This document shows, piece after piece, positions 1 through 17,555 of a stretch of 64,000 bases of DNA. The stretch is taken from assembly GCF_009914755.1 (NCBI RefSeq), contig NC_060927.1; one strand, 5' to 3'. Numbering within the stretch: the stretch's first letter is position 1; every line of letters begins with the position of its first letter. The position numbers and the translations under genes were made by a program. The stretch comes from the human T2T-CHM13v2.0 reference genome, Homo sapiens. A model generated the notes under the pieces. It was not told the DNA's origin. It saw only the letters and a list, made by a program, of their open reading frames with translations, and ran no database searches.

Positions 1-818
1 TAATTGTTTTCAGTGTTTTTTACAGCCCTGCATGGTTTAGAACTTTGTGTTCATGCATAGTGAATAGCCAACTTGAAAACCTCATGAATTGTACAGTTCA
101 GATACCTGTACAAATTGTTTTGGTTTATAAAAGCTATCATAGACATTAATAACGTCACATATAAATTCCTGTTATACTAAATTGATATGCATGATGCTTT
201 CTTAATTCTTTATTTTAAAAAATGGGAATCATGACTGAGTAGCTATTTGACTGATTTTAAGAAATCTGGTAAAATGTTCGCTTTCATTGTGCATTTTCCC
301 GCAAAATGATGGCTTTCCACTTTAGGGATTAAGTAACTTAGAAAACTGTGAAATAAAGCAACGGTTGCCAATTTTTTCTCATCATGAAACAATAAAGAAT
401 AATAGTCATTTTTTGTTTTATAGAAGATAGATATGTTAGAAATATCAGAACATTTTTTTATAACCTGGTACCATTTAAATCTACCAAGTTCTACATTTTA
501 TATAGGCTGGGATAAAAATCACTTCAAAGGAACTGAATTTTGATCATCTTCACAACAATTTGTCTTGTTTGAAAAATGAAGTTTAGTGTAATCCCACCAC
601 TGCTACTCAAACTTTTGCTAAACTGTCTAGAATAATTACACTTTTGGGTTGAATTCAGTTTGCTAGAGAAACAAGGATTGGCTTCCATGCACATTTTAAA
701 GAACTTAAATTTGGATGTGAAGATGTATTATGAAACTCCCCCTTGCTGATAACTTAAATAAGGACCTGTCAAGTATCAAACAGGTGACAGCTATTGTTCT
801 ATACTAACAGTAAAATCC

Positions 819-990
819 AGTGTTTCCTAGATATAACATCGTTTTGTGTATTGCAATCATCATGGGAGCTTGTTAAAAATACAGATGTCCAGGCTGCATC
901 CAAGACCTATTGAATAAGAATCTCTAGATATGGAAACCAAGGTGTTTTAAGTAACCCAGGTGGTTTTGAAATTGTGTCAGAGCTACTGAA
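819..990. mobile_element. MER5-like hAT-Charlie DNA transposon relic
   Basis: Motifs 'gggagcttgttaaaaatacagatg', 'gacctattgaataagaatctct' and 'cccaggtggttttga' resemble the MER5A consensus; boundaries approximate. Confidence 0.5.
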
Positions 991-1676
991 ACAGTAAGTC
1001 CCTCATTGAACTATGGAAGTATCTCTACCTTAGAAGTCATACAAGTCATATTTGAGAAGAATTTGAACACTTTTTAATTCATATCTTAATAAATAAAATT
1101 TCATTGTAGAAAATTTTAAAATTATGGAGCATATGATACTAAATTATTAGAAAAAAGTAGTTTGTGGGGAATTAAATAGCATTGTAAGGAAATTGATAAG
1201 ACTTCTAAAGTTTTTGTAGCTTGTTTGTTTTTATAAACTTTGACCTACTTCTATATGAGTTCTTGCGTTTATTAGAAGTAAAACTCTGTAAAGTAAAAGA
1301 TGTTTGTCCCTGTTTTGAGAAACACTGTAGATAATGAGGAAGGAAGGGACACAATAGTTGAACTTGATAAGAGAAATGTGAAGGAAAAATTACCCAGAAA
1401 CCACATGGCCTGAGAAAGTGAAGCTGGGAGTGAAGTGGAGTGAAGCTTTTTGAGCCATCTCTGGACAGAGGAGTGTATCTGAGTCTTTAGGACTCATGTC
1501 AGTTCCTCAGCATGAATCATACAGCATTATTCTTTTTCATGTAGTAACATGGTCCAGGTTTTATTTGTATATGTATTATGCAGCACATAAGTGTGAAATT
1601 GTAAGTATATGCCTAGATTTGTTAATAGGGATATAGGTGGATGAGGGGTGTAGAGGGAAAGAAAAATAAAAAATTC

Positions 1677-5989
<4,313 letters not shown>

Positions 5990-6255
5990 ACAATGAGAAC
6001 ACATGGACACAGGAAGGGGAACATCACACTCTGGGGACTGTTGTGGGGTGGGGGGAGGAGGGAGGGATAGCATTAGGAGATATACCTAATGCTAAATGAC
6101 AAGTTAATGGGTGCAGCACACCAGCATGGCACATGTATACATATGTAACTAACCTGCACATTGTGCACATATACCCTAAAACTTAAAGTATAATAATAAT
6201 AAAAGAAAAGAAAAAGAAAAAATTCAAGCTGTATGTATTAGTTACGATCTTCCCC

Positions 6256-6648
6256 TGGCAATTTTACCACCTAACCTTACCAATTCAATACGTACCCTCT
6301 TCCATTTTCACACACTGTTGCACCTCTAGGCAGTATACACTAAACTAATATAAATTATAGTTTTTAGTATATTTTAAACTAAATATACTAGTAGTATATT
6401 CTAAACTAAATATACTAATAGTTTAGTATATTCTAAACTAAATATACTATTAAGTTTAGTATATTCTATTGGTTTAGTATATTCTATTAGTTTAGCATAT
6501 GCTATTAGTTTAGTATATTCTATTAGTTTAGCATATTCTATTACTTTAGTATATTCTGTTAGTTTAATATATTGCCTAGAGGTGCAACTGAGTATGAAGA
6601 TGGAAGAAGGTACATATTTGATGGTAAGACTGGGTGCAAAACTTACCA
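6256..6648. repeat. Long imperfect inverted repeat (fold-back), arms ~6256-6350 and ~6555-6648
   Basis: Left 'tggcaattttaccacctaaccttacc...gtaccctcttccattttcacacactgttgcacctctaggca' matches the reverse complement of right 'tgcctagaggtgcaactgagtatgaagatggaagaaggtac...ggtaagactgggtgcaaaacttacca'. Confidence 0.9.
6360..6570. repeat. AT-rich minisatellite, ~18-bp unit tttagtatattctattag with inverted sub-units
   Basis: Tandem copies visible directly; they give the repetitive YTKLIE-like spurious ORF. Confidence 0.9.
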
Positions 6649-9600
6649 TGTAGGACAATAATCTATTATCATCATAATTGACTTTGAAGTTAACTAAATT
6701 ACACACAAATAATACTTGACATGGTTTTGAACATACAACTCTGTAGAGTGTTTTGTTTATATAAGCATGTAGTATATACAATAATATTCAGTCCATATTA
6801 GGCACGCAAGCATAATATAATTTTATAACATTGAAATCATATACAGAGAGATGAAAAAGAAATAGAAGAATTAAAGAAACAAAATTTTTTATATTGTTGA
6901 ATTTGTATTTTTTAAAGATACAGAGCTGTAACTTGTCTTGGGTAGTAAATAAGATAAGTAGAGAAACAGAACTAACATGACAACTGTCTGCTGTGTGCCA
7001 GATGTTTTTTGTTAGTCTCTCTAAAAATGGATCATCTGTTCTTTATGACAGCACCTAGAGGAAGGAACTCTTTGAGGGAAACATTATTGCTATTGTACAC
7101 ATAGGACTGCAGAGTTTAAATGCCCTGCCTAAATGTTAAATCTGGGGTTAAAACTAAGCTCTCCAGGAATCTGAAACTATACTATGATGTGAGAATACAT
7201 GCCTGCTTTAGTACCCCTAAGAGCTTTCAACATGGATGAGATTTGTAACTGAAACACCCCTGAGGTTTCTGAACAAATTAATGGCATAATAAAACAACTT
7301 TTAAAATGAGATCAGTAAAATAGTTCAGAGTGGAAAAGAGATGCAAAAGCCATGTATGAAGTGATAAAATTCCATCTTATGGTAATAACATTAAGCATCA
7401 GGAAGTATGAGGCTTTGCCAAAGAATAAGGGATAGAATACAGAGGCCGTCAGGGGAGTCTACCCATAACTCCTAACTCTGTAAAACTCTTTATTCATGAA
7501 TGTTTTCTTGTAGAATAATCACTTCAAGAGCGCACATTGGCGAAATAACAACAGAAGCATTTTAGAAAAACTAGGCTCATAGTATTATAATACCATATAG
7601 TAGATACAGTTTGACTTTGATAGAAAAATATCCGGCAAACTTTTAGCAAGAATAAATTCATTTTAAAATTGGCTTTACTCCATAAATTCAGGGTGTGAGA
7701 AATAGATGAATGGATATTACGACAAGTGTAGCAACTTCTCTATATAAAGAATATATTCATTTTCTGAAACATGATACCAATCCTAAAATCCCAAGAACTT
7801 GAAAACAAACTTTCATTTTGTGTATCTGTTTAGCTGGTACCCATGGTACCTTAATAGTTAACAAGAAGTTTGCACTTGGAAAACATTCTGGAATACTTAA
7901 AATTGAATAAAAAATTGCATTGAAGCAATATCTTAAGATATCTAGACACTTATTGAATTGGAGAAATCAGACTAAGCCTCAATAACCGTTTTCATTTCTG
8001 CCAGTGAGATAGTGAAATTAATATTTGTAGATTCTCTCCTTCCTCAGTCATGAGTCACATGAAAGTGACTCACCCAAAAGGGGATAGCAACATCTAGATA
8101 CCAAAGTTATCTTTGAGTGGCATAGAATATAAAAGTTCTAAGCATCATTATCACCTTAGCTAGTTGAAGAATATTCAAATTTATGGGTTTTGCAAAAATT
8201 CTATTATTGGTTTGGACACTGAAATACAATTACTACAAAGAAACATACAGGACAAATTGCTTTAACAAATGTTTATATTTTTGCTTTAAAATATATGGTA
8301 ATTTGTAAGATTGAAAAAATAAACTGTGAGTAGTATAGCAAGATATCAGAAGGCTACATCATCACACATCTGATACATATGTTTAACACAATATAAATTA
8401 TGTTTTTTAATAAAAATATAACTTATTTATAAAACTTGCTCATTCAATATCTGCTTTTTGTGACACCAAGTTCACTAGGTGTATTTGTACTTATCATCAT
8501 TAGAATTGAAGTGTTATTAATATTTAAAATAATGTAGACCATTCAGTGTTCTCTCTACAACCTCCAAATATGAGTTATACAAAATAGATCCACAAGAAAG
8601 TTTCAACTCTTGTTTTGCAGATTGCTATTATGTTCAGGATTATTTTTTATTGTGGAGGAATAAGTACACATGTGGCATATTAGGTATACACAAAAATATC
8701 TCTGGCTCTCTTGCTGCTGAACCATAAGAAATTATGCTTCACATTTTTTGAGTTTGAATATACCCATGAGATTTTGCATTGGTCAAAATAATGAGATAGG
8801 AAACATTGATTTGCCTGTTTTCTTCTCCTCTGCTGCAAGGGTGGAACATATGCTCCTATAAGGTGCACAGCTCAGTCATCACAGATGAGTTGTGTAGTCT
8901 TCAGGACTCAGTCAACATTGCAAGAAAAAAATGTAACTTTATCTTGTAAATTTTTTGAAACACCAAGATTTGGAGAATGTTGGCTATTGTAGTTTAACTA
9001 CATCAGATTGAATGACACACTACGTGACTGTAGTGCCCATTCTAATTTGAAGATGCTAGACCCTGAGCACTTGGAAGGTAAAGAAAGCTTGTGTTTAAAT
9101 CATTTTCCTTACTTCAATATCTAGCACATGACTGAAGTTTAAAAGGTTATTGGGTAATGAAAATAATTAAATGAATAATCAATTGTAACATGTAACATAG
9201 ATGGGAAGCCTCTTGAAACAGGCTTTTAACAAAGGCAATGAAGGTGATAAAAGATTAAGTAAGGATGAGCAATTAACAACAATAACGGAACCAGTAAGAG
9301 TTGAAATTTATGATGGTGTTGCAAGTATTAGGTGCTGTTCTACATGGCTCCCATACATTACCATATTTAAGCTTCACAATAAATTTATGGTACAGATATT
9401 AATATTATTCTTGTTTTACAGGTAAGGGAATAAAATCAAACCTTTACTCTGACAAGAACAAAAAAAAAACTATCATAAAACTGCAAAATCATTAAGATTA
9501 TAAATAAATTGAATAGAATAATTTGTCATGTCCTAAGGTATCAGAACAAGCTGATGAAATATTTTACATGTTCTAGTTTGCACAATGGTAGTAAAATAAG

Positions 9601-10154
9601 TGAATTCATCATAGCCTAGAATACAAAGAAAAATTTTTAGAAATGTTTATATAAATTCTCAGAAGGCAGTTCTATCATTTGATCAGTACGAGAGGATAAC
9701 TTCTGAATTTTTTAGTTTAACACTAAGAAGACGTGAATGCTTGAACAAATATAAGCCTTGGTGTCTCTGAAAGACAGAAAATGCTGAGCTGAATATACCT
9801 GACCTCTGACTTAGAACAAGTCTTCATATGTGCTGAGAACAATTTTACTTCTTTTACTTGTGATTTTTTTATTTATTTCTGTTTGCCTAAAATTTTCAAG
9901 TGGATATTTATTTAAATTTTAGCTTGGTCCTGAATTCAATTACTTTTCCATTTAAAGGTGTTAAACCAACGTTATCAATCTTATGTCCCCAGTGGTAAAC
10001 ACTGGGTTGCCATATGTTGATCCACACACATAACTTGGCAATTGTGTAGGAAATGATGCTTGACGACATTTCTGTAATTGTGCATTCAGGTGGGGCAGCT
10101 CTCTTCCTTGTGAAAATTAAATATTCTCTTTTACTCATATGCTTATTAGGTCAG

Positions 10155-10884
10155 TGTATTAGTTTTTTATAACTAGTGTAGTAGATTAGCAAGAACTTAT
10201 GGGCTTAAATGACACAAATGTATTATCTCATAGTTCTGCAGGTAACAACTCTGCTATTGGTCTCACCCAACTAAAATTAAATTGTCAGTAGGTTGCATTA
10301 TTTTCTGGAGGGTCTAAGGAAGAACCCGTTTCCTACTGATAAATTCAGTTGCTTGAGGTTGTAAGACTAAGGTGCCCACTTTCTAACTGGCTGCAAAGTG
10401 AGAGCTGTTCACTGTTTCTAGAAGCTGCAACACTTCTATTCTCTTGGTACCTCTTTTTCAACTAGAAAGCCAGCAACTGGGGGTCAAATTCCTCTCAATT
10501 TGAATTTCTCTGATGCAGTTGTTTTCCATTTCATTTCCACTTTTAAGAACTCATCTGATTAGATTGGGCTCACCCAGATAATTCAGGATAATCTTTTCAT
10601 CTCAAGGTCCTCAAATTTAATTACGTCTGCAAAGTCCCTCTTACTATGTATGACAACATACTTAGAAGTTTTGGAAATTCTGACAGAATCTGACAGTTTT
10701 GGAGATTCTGACAATTTTGGAGACTCTGACAGAAAGACTGGGGCCAATAAATGTCTACTTGATGCTTTGGTGCGTGATTCATTCTAGATACATACAACTT
10801 TGGAATGTACAAAGAACTGGAATATAGTTAAGTTAATTCCCTTGGCATAAACCTCTGTGGGGGGCCATTATTATGCCTATCACA
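10155..10884 (-). mobile_element. MLT1D-like MaLR solo LTR, interrupted by an insertion
   Basis: tgtattag start, 'gattagattgggctcacccagataattcaggataatct', end 'ggggccattattatgcctatcaca'. Confidence 0.75.
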
Positions 10885-13800
10885 GGCAATGAGATTTTGT
10901 TTCTTAAACGTGTTCAGACTTGACTACATCAGATAGAAGGAGTATCTCAAGAGCAGATCATTCAGCAAGGTTTTTTTCTGTACAGGAAAATTAGATGCCA
11001 ACAATGAGTCTCTTTTTAATTTATAATTCAGCAAAATCAGTATTTTACAGATATCTGTCATACTTGAAACTTAAAAATATTTGTCTATGTTATTATTAAA
11101 TAATCTATTTTTAAAAACCATTTACCAAGAGAGGCATTCATTCTTTTCTCTCAGATTCTGAACAATAAAGACAGGTTGTTAGAACAATTTCTGGTCCTGG
11201 GGAGCTTTCAGTATGATGAGACTGACCCAGACCAAGTTCTCCAAAATGCTATATTGAAATGACATCCCCAGAGGGTTCTGCATTCTTCTTAACCACAATG
11301 TTTACTCCACTACATAGGTGCTTTAACTGCAGGCCACCACTTCTGTACAAGGTATGGTTTGAAGACAATGATCATCATAAGCACTGGCAGAGTCTGTAAG
11401 ACAATACTGAACACAGCACAGCCATTATTGCTTGTTAGTTGTATTGAGGGGGAGTGATTGTGACTCATTCTAATGTTTGAGGCAGTGACTTTTCCTTTCA
11501 TCCAAAATGCTTATTTTAGGTATTAAGTAATGTCAACATTTTGCTCTGAGAAAATGTATACGCCGTGCCATATTATTATTTCCTTTGGTATTTAGGACTA
11601 CCCTTAAGAAACAGCTTAGTACTTGAAATACATGATTTATGAGAGATAGTCTAAGATGATAAGATATCTGGACTATGAGTTAAGAAATCTGAGTTTCAGT
11701 TCTGACTCTGCTGCTAGCTATATTATAACCATAGACAGTGTATTTTCCCTCTCTAGGTTTTAGGCAAATGAATTTTAAACAACAAAGTTTGTATCTCTTA
11801 TTGATACTTCCACATATGCAATGCTTAATTTGTGCTACCTAAGAGGCATAGAATGTAGCACCTTCCATCAAGACCACATCAACTGGGTTGGGAGAATCAC
11901 ATTCACATAGAAGGATTGGCTGCAAAAATAATGACAACATAGAATCAAATTTATTAAGTGTATATATTATTTAGTTTATAAGTGTGATTGGATTTTGCAG
12001 AAGGAATATATCACTGAGAATTTAGTACATTATGTTATATGTATGAAAGTAAGTCAGTAAGTCTTGAGCTAGGCTTTGGAAGCTGTTCAGTTTGGATAAT
12101 TGAGAGTAAAGCAGTTAATTTGGAAGAAATACAAGTAGAGAAAATAAAATGATTATTATGTGCTCTTGGAATAGTAATGCCATTGGCCTAAACTGAGATT
12201 AGAGTTAGGAGGTTTGGAAGCTTAAGTGAACCAGACATTTCAGGACTTTGCTAACTAAGAGGCATAGTCGATCAGGTAGTTTAATAAGGGTGAACTTTTT
12301 TTTTTAATAGTTGCAAGCATGAACATAAAGCTACAATCTTAGGCACATTTTACTTTATCATTGAGGGAATGTAAAAAATGAGAGACTCGAAGTTGCTTAG
12401 AGGTAGATAAAGAAATGCAGGCGTGTGGGTTGGGAGTAGCTATCAAAAAACATAATGGTAGAATACATTGAAGAGTGAGGGAAAGAATCCAAGACAGTGC
12501 TAAGCTTTCTAATATAGAAAACGGAGAAAATTGAAAAAGTTAAACGATAATTCCGAATTTTTGTGGCTTGGTTGTGAATATGGCGTATGTGAAAATGAGA
12601 ATGGGTTATAAAATGCAAATATTCTGTCTTGTTTGAATAATGGAGTACTTACATATAATAAGGCATAATATTAGTTGACATAGAATTAAAAATGGAAATG
12701 CTTAAAACTCTTCCCAGAGCTTTCATTTTGACAGGATGAAATGGGGAAGGGAATCAACTTTGGACAATGGCATGTGTGGAGGGAAATATGAGTGGTAAAA
12801 AGGATGAAAGAATAAAGGTGCTTTAGGTAGAGTTGAGGTTGATGTTGAATTGTTTGAGGAAGGCCTCTTTGATGGGGTGTCAAATGAACACAGATTTAAA
12901 TAATAAGGTATGAGCCTTGGGAAAAATCCAGCCAGAAGCTTCTTAAGGTTCTCATATAAGGTTAAAAGGCTCTTATATGAGAACAAGGTTGCTTGTTCCA
13001 GGAAGAGTGAAAGAGTGAAGGGTAGAGTGAAAGATTGGAGATGAAGTCAGAGAGAAAGATTGGGGCCAATGAATGTTTACTTGATGATTTAGTGCATGAT
13101 TCATTCTAGATACATATGATTTTGGAATGTACAGAGGCTGAAATGTAGTTTAGTTAATTCCCTTGACATTGCAGAAGAAGAGTAGAAAGGTCAGATATCT
13201 AAAGGAAATGCACAAATTTACGCAGTCAAGTAAATCTGGTCATCAGTCCATCATTCTTTCTATTAGTTAGCAAAGTCCTTCAACATGTTTTACTTCTTTG
13301 CTTAAAAACAGCAGGTAGTCCCGGTTACTTATAGGTATCCAAAATTATCATTAAGAACTAAGGTTGTGAAGGTTTGGAGAGCATAGGTTTCTTGGCAAGA
13401 GTCCACATGTTCATCTTCTACTTGTTTTTCCTCTATCCACACTCTTAATGTCAAAAGCAACCTTGAAAAGGAAAGCACTCATATAAGTAGCTGATGGGAA
13501 TGGGGGTTGGGGAGTTGAGGGAATCACTTTTCCTTGCTTTGCCAGGTGGTGCATATGGACAAATTATATCTGGAAAATAATCATGCCTTTTGAAAATGAT
13601 TTGCTCATATGGTTCTGTAATACACTGAAGGTTTTTGGCACCCTTTGTTTAATAATTATGTCTTGTCTTTTCCATGTAGTTACTTGTGTTTTCCTAATAT
13701 TATAAGCTTTTTAATAATGAGTATAACTAAATAGATGTCTATATATGGCAATATGAATTTTTAACATAAAAATTACATAAACCAAGAATTATATTTATTA

Positions 13801-14569
13801 CACAATTTTTTCATTTCAGTATTGATTGTATTCATATTTGTATGAATATTTTACATCAAAACACTTAGAATATTTCAGAATACAGCATTAATTTTCCCTT
13901 TATTGTCAAGTTAGCACCATATGAATTTTACTCTCAGTAAAAATGTAATAAATCAATGGAATTTGCCTTTTTGTTATTAAGCAAGTAAGTTTTGTGAAAC
14001 ATCCACAGTGAGGTATGTTTGGAAAATGTAAATGTCACAGGAATGCTCTCTATGATGATAACTAATTTTTTGATTAAATACTTTTGCCAACTCAATTTGT
14101 AGCAATAGTTGTAAACAGATGAGAACGGGAACTTGCTGTGATATTTCTAGTCCTTGTATGGATAGCAGTGATTATTTCATATTCCATTTTTTTTCCCTTA
14201 AGAAAATGGCCCACAGGTAAGTGATTTGATAAGGAATAGGACAAGAGGGAAGGAGTGGTTACACTTCTTCAAGGTGATCCAGTTATCTCATTTTTTACAA
14301 TTAGGGCACTAAGTCCTCAAGAAACATGATTCACTCATAGTCACACAAGTAAGCAAAGAATCCCACTAATGGTATTCTGATTCCTAGCCCAAAGATATTT
14401 TCTTTATTCTACTACTTGTAATGATAATCATTGTTTGCACAAATTAAATTTATGGTCCAAAAGTGATTTGTGTGAAAATAGAAAGCTGAATCATCTTCTC
14501 TTTTTTGTAGGTCCAGTCTATTTAGACATTTTTGCAAAGATTTTGATCTGTGCTTGTTTCATACATATA

Positions 14570-15190
14570 GTCAAGAATGATTTTCTTTGAAACCATTTAT
14601 CATGTATCCAACTTGCTTAAAATCATCCAATGGATTTTCATTACACTTATAATAAATTTCACATCCTACTCTCGCCTACAAAACCCCACATAAACTGGCC
14701 AGACCACCCTGAGTTGTTTTTTTTTTTTTTTTCATTTATTTTGAACTACTTTACGCCTTGCTTACTGTGTCCCAAACATGCAATGTTTCTTTTTTTAGAC
14801 ACACCAATTACATTGTTTGCAGTAGGATTTTGCTCTAGCAATTCCTTCTTCCTGGACATTTTTCCTTCTCTGATGTTTATTAACATGGTCACCTGATTCT
14901 TGATATTCAGGTCTCATTTTACATTTTACGTAGAGAGACCTCCCTTTCTCACCTGATCTAAAGTAGTCTTCCATTTGCTCACTTACAACAGCCTGTCTTG
15001 TCTTTCTGCATAGCAATTCCTGCTGTCTAAACTATTCCTGTTAATTTACATATTGTTTAGGTGTTTGTTTTTAAAATATACCTTTTATTTGCTCATTAAG
15101 ATAGGAATGGGAACTGTCACTGTTATGTTTTTAATTAAGTCGCCAGTGCCCAGACAGTTGTCTGATAGACACATAATAAAAGTCAACATA
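14570..15190 (+). mobile_element. L2 LINE 3' fragment
   Basis: L2-like motifs 'tattcaggtctca', 'agagagacctccct', 'cagtgcccagacagttgtctga'; boundaries approximate. Confidence 0.55.
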
Positions 15191-15543
15191 GTATGTTTGA
15201 AGCAGAGTTAATACTGGAAATGGCATAAAAATGGGAAAAAATACCCATGTGAATATAGCCAAAGGATGCATCTTACCATTACTGCACACGTTTCTGATGA
15301 GAGCCATGGAGAGCAATAGGAAAAAATGTCAAAGTGTCTGATTGAGGGAAATCAGATGGAATATGAAGGTACCAAATATGAATAATGGGTAATAATCTTT
15401 GTTATCTGGAATTATGTTTAATTATTTTTTTCTTCATTATACATACATACAAACATAGGTGCACTAAATTTTCAAAGTATTTTAAGGGAAGCATGTGTTA
15501 TAATCAGCAGAACCCTTTTAGGAAAGAAACCATGATGCAGAAC

Positions 15544-15779
15544 AAGCGAGTCCAACCCATGGCCCATGAGCCTCATGCAGCCCAGATGGCTTTGAATTAA
15601 GCCCAACAACATGTTGTAACCTTTCTTAAAATATTGTGAGATTCTTTTGTGATTTTTTTTTTGTGAGTTTGTTTTTAAGCTTATCAGCCATTGCTAGTGT
15701 TAGTATATCTTATGTGTGGCCCAAGACAATTTTTCTTCTTCCAGTGGGGCCCAGGGAAGCCAAAGATTGAACACCTCTG
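15544..15779. mobile_element. MER30 hAT-Charlie non-autonomous DNA transposon
   Basis: 'tatgtgtggcccaagacaatttttcttcttccagtggggcccagggaagccaaagattgaacacctctg' matches the MER30 end. Confidence 0.8.
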
Positions 15780-17304
15780 ATGTTATAAAATGAATAAAAT
15801 AATAAGACAGGCACTATCCCTACAGCTAAAAGTATAACAAAAATAGTATAATATGCCTACCATCAAAACACTTAGTCAATGTTTGCTTGAGAATAGATTC
15901 AACATTTTGCTTAATTCAGACATTGATGCCAATCTCCCTTGATAAGCTTCCTGTGGATAATAGTTGGAAGGGATTGAGAAAGGTGGGCTCAGTTGGCATG
16001 GGTAACAGTGCAGAGGCAGTTATGGTTTTTTGCTATTAAATTCATGGACAAAATTATATTTTGTCTGTCCTTGCCAATTGCCTGATTTTGCTCCAAATAC
16101 AGATAACTTCCAAAGGATTCAACTCTTTTGAAGCCTATGAAACACCTTGTAGATTTTGTTCAAGAATAGTGAATAAATTCAAAATCACTTTAATTTAGCT
16201 TAGTATTAACCTTACAAAAAGTATCTCATTTAAGAAAGCTTCAAAAAATATACTTAAGCAAATCTATTCATTTCAGTAAGAGAAAGAAATTAGAATGTGT
16301 CTGGAAAAACGTGTTCTTGCATACATCAATGTGCAAATATATTTGACAAATATTATAGAAGATGTAAGTTTATCACTGATTAATTAGAGAAAGGGCTGTG
16401 ATAAAACAGTATGGCAGAGAGGGATAGTTAAGATATTCAGGGAAAATAAAAGATAGATAAAATTGCTGTTAATACTCATCCTCTATCTTTATGTAAATTT
16501 GGTGGTTACAGAATATTTTAAATTTTGTAGGTATCTGAATATATCAAAATGTTGATAATTTGGAGTAAAATTTTGCTAATTTGCTAAGTCTGGCCCTCTT
16601 CCCCTTGCCCACTGAAGTCACTAGCTATTCATGCACTTTGTCAGTTTAGAGTAACATTTGGGAGATTGCAGGGTTTCAAAATGAATTATAATACACTAGG
16701 GTGTAGAAAATTTTAGACTGGACACTGGGGTATTAATATGTGAATGACAATAGAGTTCTGTAGTCAAAAATGTTTAGAAGACTAAGTTTGACATATGAAA
16801 GTTTCAAATTTTGTTTTAGTTTTTATGGTAGAACGTTCAGAACTCATTGCTATACACAAAACTAAGCATACACTGAGAAATGTGGAAATCTCTAAAGACT
16901 CATGGAACTTTATATCCACTTGGAGGGTAAAATTGTAGGTATCAAGATAAGTAATGATCAGATCCAACTACAAGATTATGTCGGGCTGGCAGTTGGTCAT
17001 TTCAGAAACAATTTTTTTCCTTAGTTTCCACATTTCTTAGCAGAATATCTTTAATTTTAAAAAGGAATCTTGAATGAAAGCCCCATAAAGATAATATTTT
17101 TCCTAAAAGTGGCCTACTCATTACTAGCCTTTTCATAATTTTTTATTCCAAAATGGCTCCCTCATAATCAGCCTTTTCCTTATCAGTTAACATATGATCC
17201 ATTATGTTCCATGGTACTTTGAATAGAGATTTCTCAGACCATTCTCTAGCTGTCAAAACAAAACTCACATTTTAAGTTCTCACCAGATATAAAGCCTACA
17301 TAAG

Positions 17305-17555
17305 AGCAGTATAGTTTATTGAGGAGGAACAGGTGCAGTAACTTGAAGCATGTTATCTGGGACATAACCCTGACTTTCAAACTAAGCTCTGTTCCTTAAT
17401 AAGTTATGACCTTGAGCATATCACAAAACTCTTTGAACTTCAGCCTTCACATTGTAAAAGGGGGATAGAAGTAGGACTGTATCAAAACCTAAGCATAATA
17501 ACAACAAAAAAATTGGCACAGTGTTCAGATAAGAATATGCCTTAAATAAGCGAAA
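17305..17555 (+). mobile_element. MIR SINE relic
   Basis: 'tatgaccttgagcatatcacaaaactctttgaacttcagccttcacattgtaaaagggggata' MIR core. Confidence 0.55.

Noticed and set aside
6401-6781. 126-aa ORF with YTKLIE-like repeats, or a CRISPR-like array
   Set aside because: Translation of an 18-bp minisatellite; no unique spacers, and the context is primate DNA
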